Assembly: GCA_963744305.1 (NCBI GenBank)
Contig: CAVUTF010000029.1
Coordinates: forward strand, 2,559-66,558
Origin: an uncultured Gammaproteobacteria bacterium
GTDB taxonomy: Bacteria > Pseudomonadota > Gammaproteobacteria > Steroidobacterales > Rariloculaceae
Direction of reading: 5' to 3'
Length of the DNA stretch: 64,000 nucleotides
Part shown: piece by piece, positions 20,206 through 30,443 of the stretch
Position numbering within the stretch: position 1 is the first letter of the stretch
Layout of the letters: each line of letters starts with the position of its first letter
Translations under genes and position numbers: made by a program
Notes under the pieces: model-generated
The model's database searches: none
What the model was told of the DNA's origin: nothing
Seen by the model: the letters and a program-made list of their open reading frames with translations, nothing else

Positions 20206-21161
20206 ATGGACCGCCTGGATGCAATGACAGCCTTCGCCGCAGTTTGCGACGTGAAGGGATTCGCGCCCGCCGCCAGACGCCTCGGGCTGTCGCCTTCCGT
20301 CGTGACGCGGCTCGTCGGCCGCCTCGAAGCACGGCTCGGCGTGCGGCTCTTGGAGCGCACGACTCGGTCGGTGCGCTTGACCGAGGCCGGAGCCCGCTAC
20401 CTCGAGCGAGTCAAGCGCGTGCTTGCCGACGTCGAAGAGGCCGCGGAGGTTGCGCGCACGGAGCGCGCGGCACCGCGCGGCAAGCTCGTCGTCGCGGCGC
20501 CCGTCGCCTTCGGGCGCACGCACGTCGCGCCGTTGCTGCAGCCGCTACCTCGCGAAGTACGCGGAAGTCACGGCGGAGTTGCGGCTAGACGACCGCAACG
20601 TGCGCCTGATAGAGGAGGGCATCGACATCGCCGTCCGAATCGGCGCGTTGCAGGACTCGACGCTGCACGCCCGGCGCCTCGGCGAAACGCGACGTGTCGT
20701 CGTCGCGTCGCCCGCGTACCTCGCGCCGGCGCGGCAAGCCGACGGCTCCGGCCGATCTACCGAACCACGACTTGATCTTCCTGGGGCCTTACCTCGGCCC
20801 GCGCGAATGGCTATTCGGTCCGGACGGCGGGCGCCGCAGCCGCGGCGAGCAGCGTGTGGCCGTCGAGGCGAGGTTCGCGACCGACAGCGTCGATGCGGCG
20901 ATCGACTTCGCGCTCGACGGCGGCGGTCTCGTGCGTTTGCTGCTCTATCAAGTGAGGCGGCATGTCGTGAACGGAGACCTCGAGATCGTGCTCGAGCGAT
21001 ACGAGCCGCCCGCGTCCCCGATCCACGCGGTGTATCCGAGCGCGCGGTTGATGCCCGCCAAACAGCGCGCGTTCATCGACTTGCCGTGGAGACAACGGAT
21101 TGGCACTTCGCCGAGGCCACGCGGCGCCGGCGTGCGAAGCGCCGCGCTTGCGCGCCGGTAG
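20206..21161 (+). CDS. LysR family transcriptional regulator (frameshifts)
   Basis: MDRLDAM..F, GFAPAARRLG, RLLERTTRSVRLTEAG, EEGIDIAVRIG. Confidence 0.92.
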
Positions 21162-21174
21162 GCGGTGGATACGC

Positions 21175-21286
21175 GGGTGGCCGCGTGGGAACAATCTAGC
21201 CGTCCGGCAGCGAAGCAGGGAGTAACAAGATCGTCGTGAATCCCGCGAGCGGCGGCGACGAGCCAACGTTGCGCGCGCGCACGCCC
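21175..21286. repeat. Direct repeat copy 2 (native 3' end of the HTH gene)
   Basis: See 18633-18743. Confidence 0.95.
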
Positions 21287-22417
21287 GATCGAGCGCACGC
21301 GCTTCGCCGCCTCGAGCTCGACGAGCGCGCGCTGCACCGTGCGCTGGCTCGTGTCGAGCGCGAGCGCGAGCGCCGACGTGGACCACGCGGCGCCGTCGGC
21401 GAGCAGCGCGAGCAACGATGCCTCTTCGCCATCGATCGGCGGCAATAAGACGACGACGCGGCTCGCTTCGCGGCGTGAGCTTGAAGCCGCGCTCGGTGGC
21501 TTCGATGCGTGCGAGCGGTTTGGTGAGCGCGCGCAACCGGCCGATCTCGACGCGCAGCCGTGCGCGATGCGTGTCGTCGGGGCGACGCGTGCGAAAGGCG
21601 CGCTCGATCAGCACGCGGCGGTCGACGTCGTGCGGCCAGGCTTCGGCGAGGGCCAGCGCCAATGTAAAGAGCACGGGCCGGCGAGCAAGCGGTAGCCATG
21701 TGGTGCCGGTACGCAAGGCCGCGACGGCAAGCGTCGACGACGAGCGCGCCCGAGGCGTGCAGCGCTTCGACATCTTCGAGCCGCAACGGCCGCTCCTGGC
21801 CGGCCTCGACACGGCGCGCGGCGGGACGGTCGAGCGCGGCGGTGGCTTCGGCGACCTCGGCCAAGAGCGCCGGCACGCCCGCACGTTCGGCGGCTTGCTG
21901 CGCGCGAGTGAGCGCCGCGCGTGCGGGCGCGGTGCTGCAGCGAGCGCAACGCCAGCTCCGCGGCTGCGAGCTCGGCCACTGCGAGCAGGGACGGGGCAAT
22001 GCCGTTCACGTCGACGCGAGCGAGCGCGGCTTCGGCGCATCGAGACGACCGAGCAGGAGCAGCCGGCGCACGGCGATCAGGCGCGCCTGAAGCGCGTTCG
22101 CGCGATCGGCACGCGCTTCGAGTGCTGCTGCAGCTTGGGCCAACGCCCGCGGCGAGCCGCGCGAGGTCGCGCATGGCCAGCGCCACTTCGGCTTCCGCAA
22201 CAATGCAGCGGGCCCGCGCCAGCTGCTCGCGCGCGCCGAAGCTGCGAGCGGCGCGCCGCAGCAAATCGCGCGCGAGCGAGTAATCGCCGAGCTGCGCCAT
22301 GGCGATGCCGCGCAGCGCAAGCGCTGGCGCGTCGTCGCGCAGCGCGACGAGCTTGAGTGCACCGAGCGCGTCACCGCCGGCCAGGGCGCGCGCGGCCGCG
22401 GCGATGATTGAATCCAT
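21196..22417 (-). CDS. Helix-turn-helix domain protein of the kind usually found beside the Vgb-like propeller gene (frameshifts)
   Basis: MDSIIAAAARALAGGD.LGALK.VALRDD, RPVLF.L..ALAEAWP, RARLRVEIGRLR, WSTSALALAL..SQRTVQRAL, GFTTILLLP. Confidence 0.8.
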
Positions 22418-22486
22418 GCCGCTAGGCTAACGCGGCGCGAGCACGAGCATCGAGCCCGAGGGGCGAGCCCACCGAGGTGCGTTGGG

Positions 22487-22971
22487 TTAGCGAGGACCCC
22501 GCCGCGCTGCGTCGATCTTGGCGACGTCGATCTTCTTCATCGGCATCATCGCCTCGAAGGCACGCTTTGCTTCGCTGCCGCCGGCCGCCATCGCCTCGGT
22601 TAGCGTGCGCGGGGTGATCTGCCAGGACAGGCCCCAACGGTCCTTGCACCAGCCGCAGGCACTTTCTTTGCCGCCGTTGCGGACGATCGCGTTCCAGTAG
22701 CGGTCCGTCTCTTCCTGATTCTCCGTCGCGATCTGGAAGGAGAAGGCCTCGCTCTGCTTGAACGCCGGGCCGCCGTTGAGACCGAGACAGGGAATACCCA
22801 GAACGGTGAATTCCACCGTCAGCTCATCACCTTCCTTGCCGCCGGGGAAATCACTGGGCGCCTTGTGAACGGCAGTGACTTTGCTATCCGGGAAAGGTGG
22901 CTGCGTAGAAACGCGCCGCCTCTTGCGCGTCCTTGTTGAACCAGAGACAGATCGTGTTCTTCGGCTTGCAT
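22487..22971 (-). CDS. VOC family protein (PhnB / 3-demethylubiquinone-9 3-methyltransferase-like); frameshifts
   Basis: NTICLWFN, LNGGPAF..SEAFSFQI, QEETDRYW, CGWCKDRWGLSWQI, MKKID. Confidence 0.9.
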
Positions 22972-23118
22972 GTTCGTGTGCTCCTTGTGCTCGTTCATGG
23001 CGCAGCGCCAACCTCGGCGATTGTGCAAGTTTTGGGCCGAGCTAGCCTGGATACATGACAGTGGTTGTCCGGCACGCATGCTGAGCTGGCGACGGTTACA
23101 GTGAATCGGAGGTGCGCG

Positions 23119-23535
23119 ATGAGCGAACGAGGCAACGTGCGCAAGCACGCGGGAAGCTGCCACTGCGGCGCCGTGAAGTTCGAGATCGAGGTCGACGCGA
23201 CGAGCGGCATGCGCTGCAACTGCACGGTCTGCACGAAGGTCGGCTTGCTCATGGGCATGGCCAAGCCCGAGGGCTTTCGGATCCTCGCGGGGGAGCGTGA
23301 CTTGAGCTTCTATGAGTGGGGCGCGAAGACTGCTAAGCGCTACTTCTGCAAGCGCTGCGGCGTCAGCTGCTTCAGCCGCGGCTACCTCGAGCAGCTCGGC
23401 GGCGAGTATGTCTGCGTGAGCTTCAACGCCCTCGACGACGTCGACCCGAGCGACGTGAAGACGGTGTTCTGGGACGGCCGGCACGACAACTGGCAGGCAG
23501 GCTCGCGCGACACGCCGTGGCCGATCCGCGCCTGA
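23119..23535 (+). CDS. GFA (glutathione-dependent formaldehyde-activating)/CENP-V family protein
   Basis: GSCHCGAV, CNCTVC, FCKRCG. Confidence 0.9.
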   Translation: MSERGNVRKHAGSCHCGAVKFEIEVDATSGMRCNCTVCTKVGLLMGMAKPEGFRILAGERDLSFYEWGAKTAKRYFCKRCGVSCFSRGYLEQLGGEYVCVSFNALDDVDPSDVKTVFWDGRHDNWQAGSRDTPWPIRA

Positions 23536-23558
23536 GGGCACGACGTGCTGCAGCTGCC

Positions 23559-24008
23559 ATGACGGCCGCTGAAGCGTTGACGTTTGTCCGCACGCATGGC
23601 GTTGTGCTCGAGGCTGCGACCGGTCCCGTGCCGTCGCTCGCGAGCGCCATCGCGGGTGCACCATCCGGCGGAAGCTGGTGGTCTCACGCGAAGGGCGGCG
23701 AGATTTTCAAGCTGACTCGCGCAGTCAGAGACTCGCCCGACGTTCTCGTGTGTCGGCTCGTTGACGGCAAGATCACGTACGTGCACCGGCGTCTCTGGGC
23801 TGCCTTGGTGTGCGCTTGCAAACGATTTCCTCGCGACCATCTCGCGCAGGTCAACGAGAAGCACACGGCGTCCGGCCGCCACGTCAAGGAAGAGATTGCC
23901 TTCCCGGGTTGGGTATCGCCAGAGGTCTCCACGGAAGCGGACGAACTCGACGAGGGAAGCGCGCTTGCGCAACTCGGAGGCTGGGTGCACGGCTCTCTCG
24001 ACCCGTAG
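23559..24008 (+). CDS. Hypothetical protein (possible winged-helix/AlkZ-related)
   Basis: Clean ORF, GSWWSH..G, RLVDGKITYVHRRLW. Confidence 0.6.
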   Translation: MTAAEALTFVRTHGVVLEAATGPVPSLASAIAGAPSGGSWWSHAKGGEIFKLTRAVRDSPDVLVCRLVDGKITYVHRRLWAALVCACKRFPRDHLAQVNEKHTASGRHVKEEIAFPGWVSPEVSTEADELDEGSALAQLGGWVHGSLDP

Positions 24009-24020
24009 GCCGGACATCGC

Positions 24021-26174
24021 TCAGTCTTCGACGAGTGCCGTCCAGTTCAGGATCACGGTGATCGGGAAGGTTTTTTCGGCGCGCTCCGCGACGCCGGAGG
24101 TCCGCAGCAACCGCTGACCGTCGCTGGCGACGTCCCACTGAAACGCCGCGGTGCTTGCGAGACGCGAACGGCTTGCCTACGTGAAAGGCCGGCTCCGTAG
24201 CGACCTCCACGCGGACGACCGACTCGACGCCATCGAAGTAGTAGAGCTCCCGCCCGTCGGGCGACCAGCGGGGTGCAAAACCGCCGTTCGCGGAGATCTG
24301 CCATTTCCCGGCGGCGGGATCCGCGAACGACTGTACGACCACTTCGCAGATGCCGGACTCGAGCGTGACGTAGGCGATCCAGCGGCCGTCCGGCGAGAGC
24401 ACGGCAGAGAACTCGTCGAACTGCGTCGCCGCGAAGGGGTACGGCGCGGCGCCGTCCGACCTCGGGAGCACCCAGATGTCCAAGTCGCAGCCGAGACACG
24501 AATCCTGCTCGAAAATGATGAATCGACCGTCGTCCGACCAGTCGGTAACGGCTCACGTTGTGCGCGCCGGCGGCGAACAGCAACTTCTCGGGAAGCGTAC
24601 CGTCCGCTCGTTTCTCGTAGAGCGCGCGACCGCCTTCCCGATGTGCATCGAACACGATCGAGCTACCGTCCGGCGACCACAACGCTCCTCGTTCCGCTTG
24701 CGGATTCGACGTGACGCGCGTGCGTGCACCGCGATCGAGGTCCAGTATCCAGACGTCGGGCGGGTTGCCGTCGTCGTAAACGATTCTCTGAGCGTCTGGC
24801 GAGAGTCGGAAATTGCCGGGCGCGACCGGTGGCGACGCGGCGACCGTGGTGGTCCCGTCGCGATCCACCCACAACAATGGCAGGGGCGGCGCATCCTTCG
24901 CCACGGCTCTATAGATGAGCGTTTTTCCCGCCGCGTCGAAGGCGCTCGTGTCGAGGTTGTCGCGGTAGTACACGTCATCGGCGATCTGCGCGGGCGGCCC
25001 CGTGAGCTCGAGCCGCGTCGCGTCGAATTTGCGGGCGTACAGCGCGTTCTCTTGCGAGTACACCAGGTAGCCGGGCTCGACGTAGATTGCGCGCGACGCT
25101 TCGAGGAGCCGCAGCGGCGCGCTCCTCGGGATCGAGTGAGCCGATGTAGATCGCACCTTTGCGCCAGTCGACGTTCGTCGCTTTGTAGAGAAAGTGCTTG
25201 CCGTCGGGCAAGAATTGCGGCGCCGAATGCGCCGTCTCGCCCGCGGCGGGGTCGAGCGTCGAGACCGCGACGGGCTCGCCGCCCGCAACGGGGACGCGAT
25301 GAATGACTTTCTCGGTCCCGTACAGGACCGTGCCGTCTGCGCCCCATGCGGCGCGGCGGAACAGCGACACTCCGTCGACGATCGTATTCGTGAGGCCGCC
25401 GGCGAAGTTGACGCGCCCGAGTCCGTGCGCGGTTCGATAAGCGATCTCTCCGCCATCGGGCGACCAGAACGGATACGACGTCTCGGACACACCCTCCGAG
25501 CCGAGCAGGACTCGAGCCTCGAGCGAGTCGAGCGGCCGGACCCAGAGGGCGTTGCCGCGCTCCGTCTCGCCGACGTACGCGATCTGCGCGCCGTCCGGCG
25601 ACAACGCGATGTTCAGGGGGTTGAGCGTCTTCGCGGTTTCGATCTGAAAACGGACTGCGCGCGCCACGGGTTCCGGCGGGTGACGCTGCCAGAAGGGGCT
25701 TGCGGCGAGTGCGGCCGCTGCTGCGATTGCGGCGACGCCGGCGTAGCTGCAGCGCCGCGTTGCGCATTCGAGACCGATGGGGCGGGGGCTGCGCAATGCT
25801 CGGTAGCCCCACGGCGGGTGTCGGCTCGTCGGCGTCACGCGCGCGCCGCGAAACTGTCGCGACGAACCGGTAGCCACGTCCCGGCTCCGTCACGATGAAC
25901 TTATGGTCGTCCGGCGTTTCGCCGAGCACGCGCCGCAGCGCGGAGATCGTCTTGTTGAGGTTGTTTTCCTCGACGACGAGGCCCGGCCAGATCCCTGCGA
26001 TCAGCTCCGTCTTGTCGAGCGGCTCGCCCGCGCGCTCGACGAGATAGAGCAGCGCGTCGAGCAGCTTCGGCTTCAGGGCGATCGGCTTGCCGTTCTCGCG
26101 CGACAGCACGCGGCGAAGCGGATCCAGGCGGAAGCCGCCGAACTCGAAAACCTGCGTCGCTCGTGCTGAGCCAT
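24021..26174 (-). CDS. CadC-type winged-helix + TM + TolB/PD40 beta-propeller membrane regulator (many frameshifts)
   Basis: [16 protein letters not shown]...[16 protein letters not shown]; repeated WSPDG/LSPDG blades; [29 protein letters not shown]. Confidence 0.8.
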
Positions 26175-26298
26175 CGCCGGGAAGTCAGAAAGAGTCAGGT
26201 TACGCCGGAACAATCCGGGCCACGACAAAGATCGGCCACACCGTCTGCCGCGATTCTACGCGCCCCCAATCGCCAGGCAATTCTCTGGAGGCTTCCGA

Positions 26299-26523
26299 AT
26301 GCGAGCAGGGACCCGCCGTGCGTTGTTCATTCCGATCGCCGCGATCGCTACGGGCTGCGCGACGCCGCCCACGGCACCGCCAAGCATCGTTCTACGCGCT
26401 GCCGACGGTGCAGTGTGGATCAACACTGAAGAGATTGGCCGCTTTCGGTGCGAAAGGGGGTTACTGACGTGCGATGACGCGGTCGGGCGGCTATCGCAGC
26501 GGCGCTGCCGTTGCCTGGAGTAG
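26299..26523 (+). CDS. Small Cys-rich lipoprotein
   Basis: GGAGG RBS, lipobox IATG-C, C-x6-C...CRC. Confidence 0.55.
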   Translation: MRAGTRRALFIPIAAIATGCATPPTAPPSIVLRAADGAVWINTEEIGRFRCERGLLTCDDAVGRLSQRRCRCLE

Positions 26524-26566
26524 GCGGGCGCACAGCTCAGGCGCAGAGCGATCCAACTCGGCATCG

Positions 26567-28960
26567 CTATTTATCCCGAAGCGCTGTCATCGGGTCGACG
26601 CGTGAGGCGCGCACGGCCGGGACGAGCGCCGCCGCCGCTGCGACGAGCAGTACGATGACGATGACGGCCGTCAGCGTCGCGGGATCGGTCGGCGAGACGC
26701 CGTAGAGCATGCGTCGATAGGCCGCGCGACACGGCGAACGCGAGCGCGAGCCCCGCGAGACATGCAACACCGACGACGCGCATTGCCTTCAATAGAAAGT
26801 GCGACGTGATCGGCGGATTGCGCAGCCCCGAACGCGACGCGCAGGCCGATTTCTCGCCTTCTCAAGCTCACGACGTAGCTCAGCGTCCCGTACATGCCGA
26901 GCGACACGAGCAGCAGCGCCGCACCGGCAAAGAGCGCAGTCACGGCCGTGCGCAGCCGGTCGGCAGAATACTCGTTGCCGATGCGTTGCTCGAGCGGCAT
27001 GACGCCGTAGATCGAGCGCTGCGGCTCGATGGCCGCGAGACGCTGACGAACGGTATTGACCATCGTCATCGGGTCGTTCGTCGTGCGCACGAGCAGCGCT
27101 AACGGCGGATACGCGATGGTCGTGGCGCAGCTGTAAGGGTCGGGACGGGCTCGCGGTCGAGCCCGAAATCGCGCGCGTTCCCCGCGACGCCGACGATTCG
27201 TGACGCGTTTCTGCCGTCGGCCGTTCGCATCTAGCAACCCGAGCGGCGAGCGGCCGGACAAGTATCGGGACGCAAACGCCTGATTGACGACGATCTCCTG
27301 AAGGGCGTCGCCTGCTGGCCGGCGGCACGTCTCGCCGGCGAGCATGGGAATGTGCCATCGTCGCGAAGTACGACGGCGAGACGACACGGACCTCGGACAA
27401 GGGAGGTACATCGGCGTCACCACCGTCCGCCAACTCCCACTCCGTAACGCCGAATTGAAAACCCGATCCGTCGTCGAGGACGCCGGGCACGGGCGACGAC
27501 GCCGCTGTTCCTTCGACGCCCGGCAGCGCTGCCAGCTCCTCGAGCATGCGCTCGACGCTTTGAACGCGGCTCTGGAAGGGCTCGGCAAACGATCCTGTAA
27601 TTCGAAACGTGAGGACGTTCGTCGGATCGAAACCCGTGTCGACGCGCGAAAGCTCTTGGAAGCTTCGCATGCAACAGCCCCGCGCCGGCGAGCAGCGCCA
27701 CCGACAGCGCTACTTGCACGCCGACGAACGTCCAATGCAACGAGTGCCGCCTCGAGATCTGCGCACGGCCCGCCTCGAGGATCGTGCGGGTGCTCGTTTC
27801 ACGCGCGTTCTGAATCGCCGGCGCCAAGCCGCACAACAACGTCACTGCGACCACGAGCGTCTGCCGTGAAGACCAAGGTCGTGCCGCTGAGCGCGATGTC
27901 GTCGAGCCGCGGAAAGTTCGGCGCGAGCGCGCGAAAGCCGAACGTAACGCCGGTTGCGACGAGCAGGCCGAGAACGGCTCCGACCAGCGGCCAAGATCGC
28001 CGTCTCGGTGAGCATTTGCCTTGCAAGGGACCCTTTGGACGCGCCAAGCGCCAGGCGAACGGCGAATTGCGGCTGGCGCTCGGCCGCCCGCGCCAGCAAC
28101 AGGGCCGCGATGTTCGTGCAGGCGATCAGCAGCAACACGGACACGGCGCCGAAGATCAGCCACAACGATCCGCGAACGGACCCCACCGTCGTCGCTTTGA
28201 GAGAGACGACGTCCACACCCACGTCCCGATCGGTCTCGGGAAACTCCTCGGCAAGCTGCGCTTGAATCCGCCGGAGATCCGCTTGCGCCTGCTCGACCGT
28301 GACGCCGGGCTTGAGGCGGCCGAAGGACGTGAACCAAGCGTTGTATCGATTGAGCACGAATGGCTCATAGGTCGTCGCGCCCCAGACTTCGACGTCGGGG
28401 TCCGGAAACGCGAAGGTTGCGGGCATGACGCCTACGATCTCGGCCATCTGATCGCCGGAACTGATGAGCGTCCCGATGACGTTAGGATCGCGGTTGAAGC
28501 GCCGCTCCCACAACGATTCGGCGATCAATGCGACATCCGCGGCACCGGCTTCGTGATCGGCTGCGACGAAACCGCGGCCGAGTATCGGTTCGATTCCCCA
28601 GACCGCCATCATCCGCCGTGATACGCCGGCCACTCTGATGCTTTCGGGGATATCGGCACTCGCGTCCGCCGCGTTTTGCGTCGTGTAGCCCATGAGCGCT
28701 TCGAAGGTCGAGTTGCGCTCGTTCCACTCCTCGAGACGAACGGGTGCGACGTTCGCGACCGTCGCATTCTCCCGCGTTTGGCGCACGCTCACGAGCCGGT
28801 CGGCGTCGGGAAATGGCAGCGGCTCGAGCAATATCGCGTTGACGGCCGTGAACACGGCGCTGCTCGCCCCGATCCCGAGCGCGAGCGTGAGGATCACGGT
28901 GAGCGTCAATCCCGGCGTTCGCGCAAGCACGCGAAGCGCGTAGCCGACGTTCCGACGCAT
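26567..28960 (-). CDS. Duplicated MacB/FtsX-type ABC permease without ATPase (ADOP-like); frameshifts
   Basis: [62 protein letters not shown]. Confidence 0.88.
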
Positions 28961-29180
28961 GGCGTCGATCGAGCTTGATCATGGCTTCCCCTCCGGATTG
29001 TTGGGCCGCGCAGGCGCCGAGCGGACGCGCCCACCTCTCGGCTACGAGCCGTCAGCCGGGAAAAAAGGTTACAGGGCGTGGCGCGGCGGAAGCTCGTATC
29101 GCGCTGTGGTATCGTCGCTGCGCGCGTCCTCGGATGCCGCCGACACTGTTTCGCAGCACTCACCTGGCTGGGATACACCG

Positions 29181-30329
29181 ATGATCGAACCAAAATCCGT
29201 TGCGCGCGCTGCGGCGCTGCTTTGTGCTTCGCTGGTCATCGCAGCGCCCGCAACCGCCCATCACAGCTTCGCGAAGTTCGACCGGCAGCGCAGCATCGAG
29301 CTCGAGGGCGAGCTCGCCGAAGTGCGTTGGCAGAACCCGCACGTGCAGTTCACGCTGCGCAGCCGCGGTGCCGACGGTCAGGAGCAAACCTGGAAGCTCG
29401 AGACGAACTCGCCGGGCATCCTGCGCCGCACCGGCGTCGGCCCCGAGCTCGTCGCGGTGGGCGATCGCGTCAAGGTGGCGGGCAATCCCGCCGTCGACGG
29501 CAGCCTCGAGCTCAATGCCACGAACATGCTGCTCGCGGACGGCCGCGAGGTGTCGCTTGGCTTCGGCGGCTCGCCGCGTTTCGCCGGCCGCGCGATCGGT
29601 GACGGCAGAGCTTGGGCCGTCGCCGACGGCGACAAGTCGCGCCCGGAGCTCGGCCTGTTCCGCGTCTGGAGCTCCACGTTTGTCGCCGGGGCGCTGCTCT
29701 TCCCCGACATGGGAGGGCGGGGCTTTACCGTGCTCGACTATCCGTTGACGCCCGAAGCGCGGCGCACCGTCCAGTCTTTCGATTCCGTTGCGGGCAGCCA
29801 GCGCCTAGCGAACGACTGCACGCCGAAGGGCATGCCGTGGATCATGGAGCAGCCGTACGATCTCGCCTTCGAGCGCAGCGGCGACGACGTCGTGCTCAAG
29901 CTCGAGGAGTTCGACGTCGCGCGCCGTATTCGCATGGAGTGGAAGGGCGATCGAGCGGCGCAGCCGTTCACGCCGCATGGGTTTTCCACGGGCGTTTGGC
30001 AGGACCGGACGCTCGTCGTCACGACGACGAACTTGAACTCGCCGAACTTCAAGTTCGAGATTCCGGCGAGCGACAAAGCCGAGATCGTCGAGCGCTTCAC
30101 GCCGACCGTCGCGGGCGATCGACTGGACTACGAGATCGTCGTCACCGATCCGGTTACGTTTACCGAGCCGGTGAAGATGGCGAAGTATTGGCTCTCGATC
30201 CCGGGCCAGGTGCTGGACGCGTACAACTGTGGGGCGCCGTTGGCGCAGTCAGCTAGCAGAAGGGTTAGTTCCAGTTGTCGATCTTTACGTCGTGCGGCTC
30301 GGATGCGTTCGCAAGGTGTGTGCGGATGA
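29181..30329 (+). CDS. DUF6152-type secreted protein; C-terminus possibly extended by read-through
   Basis: ATA-HHSFAKFD, WQNPH, CTPKGMP, GFSTGVWQDRTLVVTT, IVERF, DPVTFTEP. Confidence 0.8.
   Translation: MIEPKSVARAAALLCASLVIAAPATAHHSFAKFDRQRSIELEGELAEVRWQNPHVQFTLRSRGADGQEQTWKLETNSPGILRRTGVGPELVAVGDRVKVAGNPAVDGSLELNATNMLLADGREVSLGFGGSPRFAGRAIGDGRAWAVADGDKSRPELGLFRVWSSTFVAGALLFPDMGGRGFTVLDYPLTPEARRTVQSFDSVAGSQRLANDCTPKGMPWIMEQPYDLAFERSGDDVVLKLEEFDVARRIRMEWKGDRAAQPFTPHGFSTGVWQDRTLVVTTTNLNSPNFKFEIPASDKAEIVERFTPTVAGDRLDYEIVVTDPVTFTEPVKMAKYWLSIPGQVLDAYNCGAPLAQSASRRVSSSCRSLRRAARMRSQGVCG
30265..30297 (-). pseudogene. Orphan 3' tail of an SRPBCC gene (PHDVKIDNWN-stop)
   Basis: 31/33 identity to 17461-17493; differences are synonymous (GTG/GTA, TGA/TAA). 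Confidence 0.85.
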
Positions 30330-30443
30330 GGCTCGTGCAAACGCGTCAGAACATTGGTAATCCAGGGATTTCGGCGCGACCATGTGTGCGCGCCCCGTCG
30401 CGTCCGTACACCAAGGACCGGGCCGCAACCGCATGAATGGCGT

